Made by a program: the position numbers and the translations under genes | Source: Oopsacas minuta | Lineage: Eukaryota; Animalia; Porifera | Direction: 5' to 3' | DNA: 64,000 nucleotides | NCBI GenBank assembly: GCA_024704765.1 | Contig: JAKMXF010000166.1 | Location: 724,401-788,400, forward strand | Shown: positions 52,816-64,000 of the stretch, one piece after another | How the letters are laid out: each line of letters starts with the position of its first letter | How positions within the stretch are numbered: position 1 is the stretch's first letter | Notes under the pieces: model-generated | Seen by the model: only the letters and a program-made list of their open reading frames with translations | Database searches by the model: none | Told to the model about the DNA's origin: nothing

Positions 52816-54119
52816 GGAAGGGAACTCGAAAAGTCTTGACGTTGACCGACATATCAGATAGTAATAATAAAATTGACTATTACATTTCTTCAAACTACTC
52901 TCCCTGACAATCTATACATTTTTCATCCTGGTAAACCAATTATCAAAACATTTTTTCCACTCTTCTTTGGGTATGTCTCCGATCGCTTGGAAAAGTGCCC
53001 CTCTCAACTCCTCATTAGTCGAAAATCTCCTCCCACGTAATTGATCTTTGAGCCTAGGGAACAACCAGAAGTCGCAAGGGCTAAATCAGGACTGTAGGGT
53101 GAGTGAGGTAATGTTTTGAGTCCAGAATTTTCCAATAACTCACGAGTTCTGATTGCCGTATGCGATGATGCATTATCATGATGAAAAAAAATTCCTCTAA
53201 TGCCTGTCTTCTCCCGCTGTGACCCAATTTCTGTGATGACTTTGGGTAGGCACACTGTAGTGTACCAGCCGGCAGTAACAATCTTTCTATCCTCGAGAGC
53301 AACAGCTTCGACAAACCCACTAGATCTTAAAAAAATCGCCCACATTTGTTTCTCAACAGATCTAGCCCTCCGCACTTTGGTTGGAGGTGGGGCATCTTCT
53401 TCAACCCACTCCTTTGACATTTGCTTTGTTTCTGGATCATAGTGGTCCATGTCTCATCACCTGTAAGGATCTCAGAAACAGCTCTTGAACTTCCATTAGC
53501 AAACCTTTTGAGCATAATTTTGCAAAGGTCTATGCGGGATATCTTTTGCTGTAAGTTCAAAGAATGGGGGATCCATCGGGCACACAAGTTCCTGACACAA
53601 AGCTCTTCGTGCAAAATGATATTAATTGTCCCCGATGATAACTCGGTTTCATACTCTAACTGAGCGTACGTAATATGAGGATCTTTAGTTATTAGATCTA
53701 GCATTTCGTTAACATTTTTTTCATTATGTGAAATATTCGGTCTTCCTGAACGAGGGGCATCTTCAAGAACAAAGTTTCGGTGAATAAATTCCCTGTACCA
53801 TCGTTCAACTGTACTTTGAGAAGGAGCTAGATCCGGGAAATGTTCCTGTAAAGGTTCATAGATTTCTACTCTTGTCTTCTGTAGTTTGAATAAGATCAAA
53901 ATCACTGCTCGAAAATCACGTTTTGTGAGATCTGATTTAGATTGAGATATTTTAGATGCCATGTATAGTAAAATTATCTAATTTATGAAAGTAGAAGAGA
54001 TAAATGAATGAAAGTTTCAAAGTAGAGTAATAAAATATGTCTGAAAAGATGGATGCGGAAAAATATCCGACAGATTAATGGTTTCATATCAAACGGCAAA
54101 ACCTTTCGAGTGCCCCTCG
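52816..54119 (-). mobile_element. mariner (DD34D-type) transposon, frameshifted
   Basis: TIR CGAGGGGCACTCGAAAGGTTTTGCCGTTTGA with a degenerate left copy and TA flanks. ORFs 53327-53962 and 53004-53450 contain LEDAPRSGRP, CARWIPH, TGDETW, HHDNASSH and YSPDLA. Confidence 0.9.
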
Positions 54120-56137
54120 TATATATGATGTGTGAAAACCAAAATACTAAAATCGTAAGTATTTATTATAAGTAAGCTAACTCAATGTACTCTAATAATA
54201 TGCTGCTATTCCTCTGATAAGTATAAATTGGTCATCCATAACTCGGACCAATCACTAATTATTCACGGGTTTTACATTATGTGGAGGTGTGAAACCGCAT
54301 AACGTGTGCATATTCTCACAGCAGTTGAGTTATGCATGCTGACATTTTCGAAATATTTCTTAAAATACACGAGAATGTGCTGTAATAATGCATTTTATGA
54401 TACTCTTTTGAGCAAGTGTAATTCAGAAATTAGTTTGGACTAGTGTCAGGAAGCTCCCCGAAGTTGCACAAATGTTTTGATATCTTATAATTTAGTTCTG
54501 GCTGTTTTGGCGATATAAGGGGTTCTGGATGAGATATTTTTGTTATTAGAGAGATATTTGTTGTAAGTGTGGATTAATCAATGTATAAAGCTATTCTAAG
54601 TGGTAGTTCATAATTTACCTTGGAGTTCTCCACTGATGTGTGTGCATGTGATCATGTATACACTAACTGAACGAAAGTAATCGCACACAACAAAATATAC
54701 GATTGTATATCGTGGAAATACAGCCAATATTTGAATATGCATAAAATAATATAATTGAAAGAACTATTTGATTATGTTAGTAGACATTGTCCAGTCTAAA
54801 TCGATGAATATTTTCTGAATTACATATTTTATAACCTGACTTTACTCATTAAATAGAAAATAAGCTAGGAATATATTCTATTCTAAATTGTACAAAATTC
54901 CAATAAGATGAAGCAATTCTGAAAGCATATCATGAATCTATGGATGTGTATTAAGCCAAAATGATTTTTCAAACTGATTAGTGGAAATATTGTTGAAATA
55001 TTATTGCATTATAATATTTGTGTCGCAAGTGGCGGAAGTGTCACAATACCAGAATATTGGCACAAGAATGGAATACTGTATAAAAATCATTTGAGATTCT
55101 CTAAAGAGATTTGGAAATATTAATATAGTTGGAAATACGTCGATTATTGGAATATATTAATAAACATACGAAGTGCATACATACTTTGAATGCGCCACTT
55201 CTGTCACTTGTGGCACAAATATGGAAACGCTAATAAGTGAACAAAATTTGCTCCAAACAGTTCGAAATATTCATACTGGTGGAATACAAACCCATAGATT
55301 CCTAATATGCTATCAGAATTGCTCCATCACATTTGAATTTTTGACAATTAGGAATAGAATATATTGTCAGCTCATTATCACTTTAATGAGTCGGGCAAGA
55401 AGATATGTATTTCGCAAAATCTTCAACGATTTTGTCAGGATAAGGCTAACTATCCTAGTCAAATGGTTCTTTGAGGGATATTACAATATGGATATTAAAT
55501 ATTAGACTTATTTCCACAAAATACAATTGTACATTTTGTTGTCTGCAAGTAATTGTGTTCGATTAGCGTATTTGTATATTATATTCGAACCACTGAGTAT
55601 GCTAAAGGTCCATCCTAATGAGGATGCCCTCGGTCATATTTTTGAAAATTCATGGCAATCCTTTATCCTTCCGTAAATTAGTGACGACACAGAAGCTTGA
55701 GTGCAAAATATTAATACAAAGGTGGTTTGATATTTCTTTTTGCAAATTGGATAACCAATATTGAATATGTCCAATGATTCGTGTTCTGAAGGACATATTC
55801 TCAGAGAGCCTGTTTACACAACCAAGGGCAGATTCATAAGATCTACAGACTCAAACAAATAATTGAGGATACTCCCACTGCCACTCCGGGATACTACCTC
55901 GCCCAGGGTATCAAGAACATTCTCCTCTCTTGGATTCACCTAGAATATATCAACAAAAGGAAAACAAACCTACAGATTTCCCAGACTAGTTAGCAACACA
56001 CTGCGCGAAGTTAATTAAAACCGAGTCACAAAAAAATCAGAGTCTTCGCACATAGAGACTACAATGCCAAATTCCAAAATTACCCAAACCCTACCTTAAA
56101 CCTATAACATTACCTTCACCTCAAGGAACATTAGAGA

Positions 56138-59100
56138 TGTAACGAAAGTAAATGAATATATAATGAAGTAGTGTCTGTAATTCATTGAAGATTGATGTAT
56201 ATATAGTCTAGTACTTGAGATTGTATAGATAGTATAGATTATTGGATCTAGCTTACTACTATTACACTTACATTACAAATTGGTATCAGAGATATAGTCG
56301 AACGTTAAACTAGCGTTCCTCGAATATTTGGAAATGGCGAAATTGAGGAATAGTTGCACGCTACGAAATCTGTGCATTGGCAAACGGATAAAAGGAAGAG
56401 TAAAAGGCTAAGGTTAGCAACGCTTTTAGAGAAAGAAGCATTTACTGCGTATTTGGAATTGGATAAAGGTATCAAGAAAGAATACTAATAGATTAAACAA
56501 GTACTGATGCAGCACATGATACTACTAGTAGACTAGATGAGTTGGAAAGGAAATTGATCGTGTTGTGGCTGTGAGAGCGGTATAAGGTATTGCTTAAGGC
56601 CGTTGGGCAGAACAGAGAAGTGAGTGTGAGAGGTGACAAAGTAAAATGTTTAAAATTGTAAAGCTTTTCGTCACATAGCAAGAATTTGCAGGAAGTAGCG
56701 TCAATTCTTTTCTCAGCACCACAGTATTGTTTGTTTCCGTTCCAGGAAAGTTGGACACATTCAAAGGACGTATCCTTAAAACTTCAACAGACCGCTTGGA
56801 CGGGTAACCAGTCGGTCTTCAGATCAGACCCTAGTACTATAAATTCCCAAGATTAAGTGGTTTATCCCTCGCTGCCATTCGCTACAAAATGGTTAAGTAA
56901 CATAGAAGTTCGAATTGGGCAAAACAAAGGGGGCAATATTAGATTCCGCACCATCGGACCGATGTTGATAGAAACTATTCTAAACGGTTGCTTTCTGCAA
57001 CAGGTAACGACCTAAAAGTGATTGGGAGAGTTCTGCTTCCGGTATCAAACGAACGTAATAGTCGGCCCCAATGATTTGAAAGGAGCGTTTTGATATCATC
57101 ATCACGATCTGCCGTGTGCGAGCCATCAAGGATGGAGGAATATTTTGGAAAAACTTAAAATGGTCCAAGGGTTGTTCAATAAGTAATGGGACTAATGTAT
57201 CGAATTCATATTCTAGTTAATACAGCTCTAAGCCTAATATCAGATTACAAGCCTAACTTGATTGTCTAACTTGATACAATATACTCTTTACTCTACTAGC
57301 ATATTCTTCAGTATAAAGTTTCATTTATAAAGGCTATTCTTTTCAACTAATGGATTTTAGCAAAGAAGGAAAACGACAAATAATTTTGTACCAGTGGAAA
57401 AAGGGAAAGACTGGCTCATACATTCTTCGTGAAATGCAGGATAATTTCGGTGATGAATGTCATTCGAAAGCCACCATATATAGATGAATCGAACGTTTTG
57501 AAAATGGCGATGGGGAACTCCACGATGATCCTCGTCCAGGTCGTCCGACTTCCTCAAAACCTGCAGTAATATCGAGAGGGTCCAAAAAAATTTGGACGAG
57601 GACAAACGAATAACCCAGCGAGAGTTAGAAGAGAGAGTAGGTATATCAAAAGCCACATTACTCGATTATGACTGAGATCTGGAAATGTTGAAGGGAACTG
57701 CGCGTTGGGTCCCAAAACTTCTTTCAAAAGAACAAAAACGCGAAAGGGTCAGAGTTAGCAAAGAATTACTTTCAAGATACAAGGCAGAGGAAGACTTTTT
57801 GGATCGTATAGTAACGGGGGATGAAACTTGGTTTCATTATTATGAATCAGAGAGCAAAACTCAATCGAAGCAGTGGAAGAGATGTGATGAACTTGTACCC
57901 ATCAAGGTAAAGGCCGCAAAATCAGCAGGGAAGAGAATGGCAACAGTATTTTGGGATGGGGAAAGAATTATACACCTCGCTGATTGCCTGAGAAGACAGT
58001 GATTACTACGTTGATGAATTGAAAGAATTGCGTCAAGCGATTAAACGTGAGAGGCGAGGCAAGTTGACACATGGCGATTCTGCAACATGACAACGCAAGG
58101 CCTCATGTAAGCTCCAAGACAATTGCTGCAATTGACGACTTAGGATTCGAATTCTTCCCTCATCCCCCGTATAGTCCAGACCTGGCTCCCAGCGACTACT
58201 GGCTGTTTGGAGAGATGAAGAGACCTCTTCGAGGGAAGAGATTTGAGGATTTCAAACAGCTGGAGTATGAAATAAAACAGTGAGAAAAAGGGACGCCTAT
58301 AGAATTCTATACCACTGGGCTGGAAAAGTCACCAGAATGATGCAAACGGTGTATAAAGCTAACGGTCGGAATTTATCGAACATTTGATAATCAATTATGA
58401 TAAGCATAGGTTTACTATATGAATTATGAAAAAAAGTTTCATTATTTATTGAACAACCCTTGTAGTTTACTGGGTGGGAATGTGAGCAGATACTCAAGAG
58501 TATTACAAGTTCTGCAATATTTGTATGAAAGCTAAGCAACCTATGCCTCCCAAATCACTAATGGCCAGTACTCATATATGAAATCAGTGGCATCGGATTG
58601 CAGTCCACGTTATGGAAGTGCTGATTAATTCAATAATTCAAGAGGAAATAAATACATCTGGTGATACAAGACTATTCACCCAAATGGCTAGAGGTTTTTC
58701 CAGTGCCTGATCAAAAGGCAGAACGAGTTGTAGAATTGCTCAGGTCCTTGTTTTGCCGTGTTGGAATACCAAGAGTATTACATAGCAACCAAAGTCGAAA
58801 TTATGAGAGCAGAATGATGGCTGATTTATGCGAATCTTTCGGGGTAAAGAAGAGTCATACGACTTCATACCATCCACAAGGGGATGGTTTAGTCGAAAGG
58901 TCGAAAGCAGTTGCGTTCGTATGTTGTGAGAGAAGGACAATGGGAATATTTTCTCTCACTCATGCTTTACTCATATAATACTTCCTACCATTCATTTATT
59001 GAAACGACTCCTTTTACATAAATGTATGGTAGAGAGCCTGGACCGAGAGGGTTGGATCTGGAGGTTGGCTATGATTCCTTGGGATACGCATAACAATCAA

Positions 59101-59460
59101 TTTGGCGCATGATCATCTCGAAACTGCTTCAAAAAGACAGAAGAGATACTATGATGCACATGCTTCGAGAACGATCAAGTTCAGGGTTGGTGATGATATC
59201 TGGGTTAGAAGACCTTAAAGTGGAATGTTAGATCTTCGTTGTAAGGGGAAATGGTCGGTACTAGAAGTGTTAGGTGAAGCATCAAGATGGACGAAGTAGG
59301 AAGGACATATCAATAGAGTCAGACCTTGTTTTGTGCGGAAGGATGAGGTTGTGGTACTCAAGACATCCAATTTCCTTCGGGGAATTCTAACTCAGAGAGT
59401 GAAAATGTTAATAGTGTAAATTGAACTCAAAGTAGTTTCATCGCAACTGAATAAGTGAAA
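56138..59460 (+). mobile_element. Gypsy-type LTR element: 5' LTR, PBS, gag, protease and integrase; RT/RNase H absent; mariner nested
   Basis: 140-bp LTR TGTAA...TTACA (56138-56277); PBS TGGTATCAGAG (56281-56291); gag YEICALAN..LATLLEKEAF; CCHC knuckle NCKAFRHIARIC; protease AILDSA; integrase HDLP..HQG|YWVGM...C..C and LHSNQSRNYES...YHPQGDGLVER. Confidence 0.75.
57166..58462 (+). mobile_element. mariner DD34D transposon inserted in the Gypsy integrase Zn-finger
   Basis: TIR CAAGGGTTGTTCAATAA(G/A)TAATG; ATG at 57350; ARWVPKLL, VTGDETWFHYYE, HDNARPH-x-SPDLAPSD (D34D). Confidence 0.9.
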
Positions 59461-60349
59461 ACCCAGGACTAGAAATATGTCAATTGTAGTAGAGATTTTA
59501 TAAAGCGATAAGTAAAAACTAATTCTTGTAGTGGACAAGCCACAAAATAAATTTAGAAATTACTGTATAAAATAATAGGCTAGCAATTTCTTAATTACAT
59601 ATAATGACATAATTTGAGAATATTAGATTTCAATAAATCTGGGATCTGAAAATGGCAATAAGTTGGAATTGTTATCGCAAGACATGAAACAGCTCCGTCA
59701 TATACCTATACCACAAACTAATGTCTCCTCTTAGAACTAAATTCCATTTGAAAATTCAATTTTCCTCGATAATATTAGACAACATAAATACTTAAGACTT
59801 GTTGTCGGGCTAAATCGTCACAAAGGACCACTAGCGCGGTAAATCAGAAATAATCCCATCAAATTAGCTTCAAACATGCGGTTTACAGTATGGAGATAAT
59901 GAGAAAATTCAAGAATATTCCGATTTTGGTAGAGTGAAGATGACGTCATAATTCCACAATTAGTTAGCACTAGGTAAAGGTAGTGACATCAGAACCACTT
60001 TTGGATATTAGAATAATCACATTATTAAACATTGCTCAGACATTATACATGGTAGAAGTTTGAAATTTGAATCACAGGTACCCTTCAATATGACAAAAAT
60101 CCTGACGTCATGATTCTGACCAAGAACTTGCTCATCATCGGAATATTAGGTCATCGTGACAGTACACAAAATTAAAATTCCACAATTTGGAAAATGTCAG
60201 AATTTCTTAATACACGAAGCACGAAGTGCTGAGATTATTAACCAATAGCGACATAGCATATCCAGTGTCACCACAGAATGTCATTGAATGTAATTTGGAT
60301 GGATCATGGATAATGAAATCATAAAATTTCTGCTATATTATAAACCCGA

Positions 60350-60477
60350 GGCATGAAGTGCCGATTTTATCCCGTCGAGTAGAGAGCATAAACACTCACA
60401 AATTTATCTGTTTAATACTTAATCTAAACTGAGCCACTAAGCTCTCGCGTAGCGACTTAGCAAGCGAAGCGCGCTAG
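60350..60477 (+). mobile_element. Helitron-like 3' terminus; 5' end not identified
   Basis: GAGGCATGAAGTGCCGA... and CTCGCGTAGCGACTTAGCAAGCGAAGCGCGCTAG|T resemble the ends at 3790 and 50139. Confidence 0.4.
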
Positions 60478-62379
60478 TATAAATAATTTTACAAAGGATT
60501 AATCAAAGGTGTCAATATATTTACATATCTATTCAAAAGTGTGAAATAGTCCAGGGACAGGAAGTAAGCATACATTTTGACCCAACTAAATGATCCTAAA
60601 TCCGTTACAGTCGTAATCAGTAAAGTCCAGAAACATAGTTTGCTAACGTTGTGGAGAAAAATATAGGTGGATTTCACAAATCAGATATATTAATCACAGG
60701 ATATGAATATTCGTGGTTAATTATATTTCTGAATTTGCCTCACCTATGTTTATAACAAATTATGATCCAAACATCAGCAATTACTTCTATATGATTTTGT
60801 GTAGAATGTTTACTTGAACAAACTGACTAAATTGATGTAGCAATCATTAATTCTATATCGTCTTTTGGATAAATATGTATTTTATTGGGTGTTTATTGTC
60901 TTGTATATATTTGCAGGATGTTCGTTGATTAATATCAACCCAAGGGCGGCAGTAAATAAGCACTGCTTAGATAGCTAACCTGGATAGTTAAAGGTAAAAC
61001 AAACCAAACAAACCAAACAAACAAGAAATTGGCAGTTTTCATCGTGTCGTAAGTATATATCACAGTGGTAAAATCACCGGGATTAGAGTAAGTTTTCATG
61101 GTACAATGGATCCCGAGTGTTTATGATATTATCGGATTATTCTATAATCCAGGATGCAAGTTTATCAATTAATGTCACACCTTTCGTGCAAATATAACAT
61201 TATCCCGAATATGTAGTCTATAATCTGAGAATCGAATGCATGCACATTCTATGTATGTGTATATTCGGTACTAATGGAAATACAAGTGGACACAATTAGA
61301 AATAAACCTTTCACTTAGCAACAGTATATTACAACTTGTTTTCTTCTAAGAAATTTCTACAAGTAACCTTCAACCTGGAATTGGAGTTCAACAATATGAT
61401 ATTGTACGAGAACGATACCGAGTTTTAGATAAAAATTAACGAAAATGGCTTTGGATTCGAACTTTTAGCAATAAACGGCATTTTCCATACTGTAAGCAGT
61501 ATGATATTAAGTTGAATAGACTGCACCACATGCTGCAAATTGATATATAAACATTTGTTCAAAGTTAGCAATGGAAAAAATGGTGATATTAATATGCAAG
61601 TCTGTTAGGAGTTTCAACTATGAAATATGAATATCAAATCATGAATATTTGATATCAGAATGAATTCTAATATACTTTCTTATCATATTAGAGCAAAAGC
61701 TTAAATAATAAAAATAATCAAAAGCCATAAAATTCAAAAGTACAGTTGATCGTATATACAAATCCTGGAGGATAGTCTGAAAAGGCCGTAAAGGACATAC
61801 AAAAATTGTATTGTTTCAATGTATTTCACCAATCAAAACAAATTCAAGTATCCGAACTAATTACTCTGTGTAATAAGAGTTGCCAGATCAAGAAAAAATT
61901 CTTAAATTTTTGAATTGGAAAGAACTTTTGACTTGTGACAAGAAATGATAAGAACATGAAAATCTAAGTTTTAGCAAGAAATTCAAAAAAGGTTCAGTTA
62001 GAAACTAAGAGTCGTGTCCCTAGCTTATGTCCAAGTGTACAATAAAAGAGCAGATGTCTTGACATGTGGTTTGAGTTCCTGGGTGGGTTTATGGGCACGA
62101 TAAAAAAAATTAGGTAGACTTCTGGAAAAGTGGAGTAATTTAGCAGGGGACAAATTATGGAGCAAATCTGGCTACATTCGGAAGGGTGTGAAAACGCATC
62201 AAATTTATACATGATACAACTAATCAAATATTTCTGGCGATATTCGTTATCTACGCAAAATTCCATGTTGTTAGAGTGGTACTGGACAATATATGTGAAT
62301 ATGTATTCCATCTCAACGTAGGAATGTCGAAGGAATGTGATAACATAGCATTCAAAATTTGTCATAACCACATCGAATA

Positions 62380-63220
62380 ACCCTTGTTCGACAAGGGTTA
62401 TTCTATGTGGCTATGACAATATGTTTCGGCATTGATTTTCACTCCTGGGGGGATGAAAATCAGTGGCGTCCGGTCAACAGCAGAGACCCCAGCACAAACC
62501 ATCACCGACAGCGGTTTCTTCATCCGACATATATCTGAACTATCAGAGATGGCTGAAACTGAGGTAGAGATGACTCAGTCGTTTTGGCTATTTGTAACCT
62601 CTTCAATGGTGAAAATTTTCTCATCTGAGAAAGGGTATTGTCGAGAACCCAAAAACGTGTAGAGCAAGTATGCTCTTGTTCCGGGACACTCTCTTTTCTT
62701 TCACCGACTCAGATAGGTATAGTACCATTTTGCGTTTAAAAGAGCGCATTCATAGGTCACTTTTGACAACGTATTGTATTGCTCGGCGAGTGATGTTGAG
62801 CTCTAAGGCTATTTTCCTCATCGAACGGTGTCGGTTCCGACGAATACGTTCTCGCAGCACTTTCTTGAGAACTAGTGTCGTTACAGGGCATGGACGACCA
62901 GATCCGGGCGCTTCTACAGTGTCCCCAATTTCTTCTTATCGATTGATCGTCCAGTAGATAAATACCATGTCCTTGTGCAATATTCAGCAGTTTCAAAATT
63001 TCTGAGGAACTTTCCCCGCTACAAGCAACTTAATAATGGGCAACCTCTCAGATTCCATAATCAAATCACAAATATTTTGGAATAGTATACACGAAATTGA
63101 AAAAATATTCGCTAGGTAGCGTATAAGGTATGTCATGGAAAAGCACACCATTTGGGAATACTTCCTGATAATGGTTGGATATCAATCGTGATTAAGTATC
63201 AGAACTATGGAGCCACTCTG
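62380..63220 (-). mobile_element. maT-like Tc1 relic, 3' part missing or decayed
   Basis: End GTATCAGAACTATGGAGCCACTCTG|TA is related to the 8287 TIR. Minus-strand APGSGRP, RRNRHRSMRKIA, FSDEKIFTIEE and VMVCAGVS. Confidence 0.75.
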
Positions 63221-63737
63221 TACAACCACGTAATGCGTTATCAAATCTCATGTTGACATTATATAGCAAGAAAAACACATAATCACAATTAGGAGACATA
63301 ATTAAATAATCGAAAGAAAATTTCCATCAACAAGCAACGAAAAACAAAATACAAAGACCCTGATAGTATATATTGCATTATACTCACAACAAATATCACT
63401 CGATGAGGTTAGGACTTAGGACATATTCGAGAGTGGAATCTTCGAAATTGCTGCGTTGGAGGTACAATACTCACAAGTATATTCGATAACCACTCAAACG
63501 ACGGAATTTTGTGTTCATTACGAAAATCGATTTATAATTAGGATTCGATATCTACTATGAATGTATGGTCATCTATGTTGCAGCTCATGGACGTGCTTGC
63601 TTGGTGTGCACGTGTGTACACTGGTGTATGGCCATGCCATAATAAAATGTTCTTTTCTGGTTCTTTATTAAATAATATAATTAGCGATACAATAGTTCTA
63701 ATTATAGAGATACAAATATATTTAATTATAGAATATA

Positions 63738-64000
63738 CAGTCGACTTCGGTTAATCGGACCACTTTTGTCCAGAGTAAAGTGGTCCGATTATCCGGAGTG
63801 TCCGATTAACCGAAAAATCTTATTATCAATAATTTATTGCTAGATAAATATTTCTAGTCAATGGTAATCCTATTGCTAATTGAAAAAGAAGTAATTGATT
63901 GTTGCTTAAGTGATCTTTCAGCATTTAGGTGAATTTTGTCAGCACAATCATCAAATCAGTTCTTTGGGCCATAAAATAATAATATAATCTAAATTATATA
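63738..64000. mobile_element. One end of a pogo/Tigger-like element running out of the window
   Basis: TA|CAGTCGACTTCGGTTAATCGGACCACTTTTG...GTGGTCCGATTATCCGG...CCGATTAACCG, a typical Tigger-like terminal structure. Confidence 0.45.

Noticed and set aside
52816-54119. SETMAR host gene (also considered for the other mariners)
   Set aside because: No SET domain; TIRs, TA flanks and frameshifts indicate ordinary mariner relics.
57166-58462. Mariner-mediated adjacent deletion as the cause of RT/RNase H loss in the Gypsy element
   Set aside because: The integrase HHCC motif reads continuously across the insertion, so the deletion lies upstream of it.

Overview
AT-rich eukaryotic (animal-like) genomic DNA with GT-AG introns. 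The host species cannot be determined from this window. Most of it is nested, decayed transposable elements: Tc1 DD37E, maT DD37D, mariner DD34D, Chapaev3-like, P/THAP, hAT, MULE, Merlin, Gypsy, Helitron-like and MITEs. The only host gene I can support is an SLK/STK10-like Ste20 kinase, seen as two minus-strand exons (23780-24295 and 41585-41759) separated by a TE-filled intron of about 17 kb. The most interesting content is two divergent, apparently full-length but pseudogenised RAG1-like/Transib transposons (6023-12072 on +, 16755-22217 on -). Both end in the exact V(D)J RSS heptamer CACAGTG and have near-matching 5-bp target duplications. The first has bipartite ends with asymmetric 9/18-bp spacers and a C-terminal Cys/His tail resembling invertebrate RAG1L. 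Neither has room for a RAG2-like gene. All alignments and translations were done by eye, and boundaries marked approximate may be off by tens of bases.
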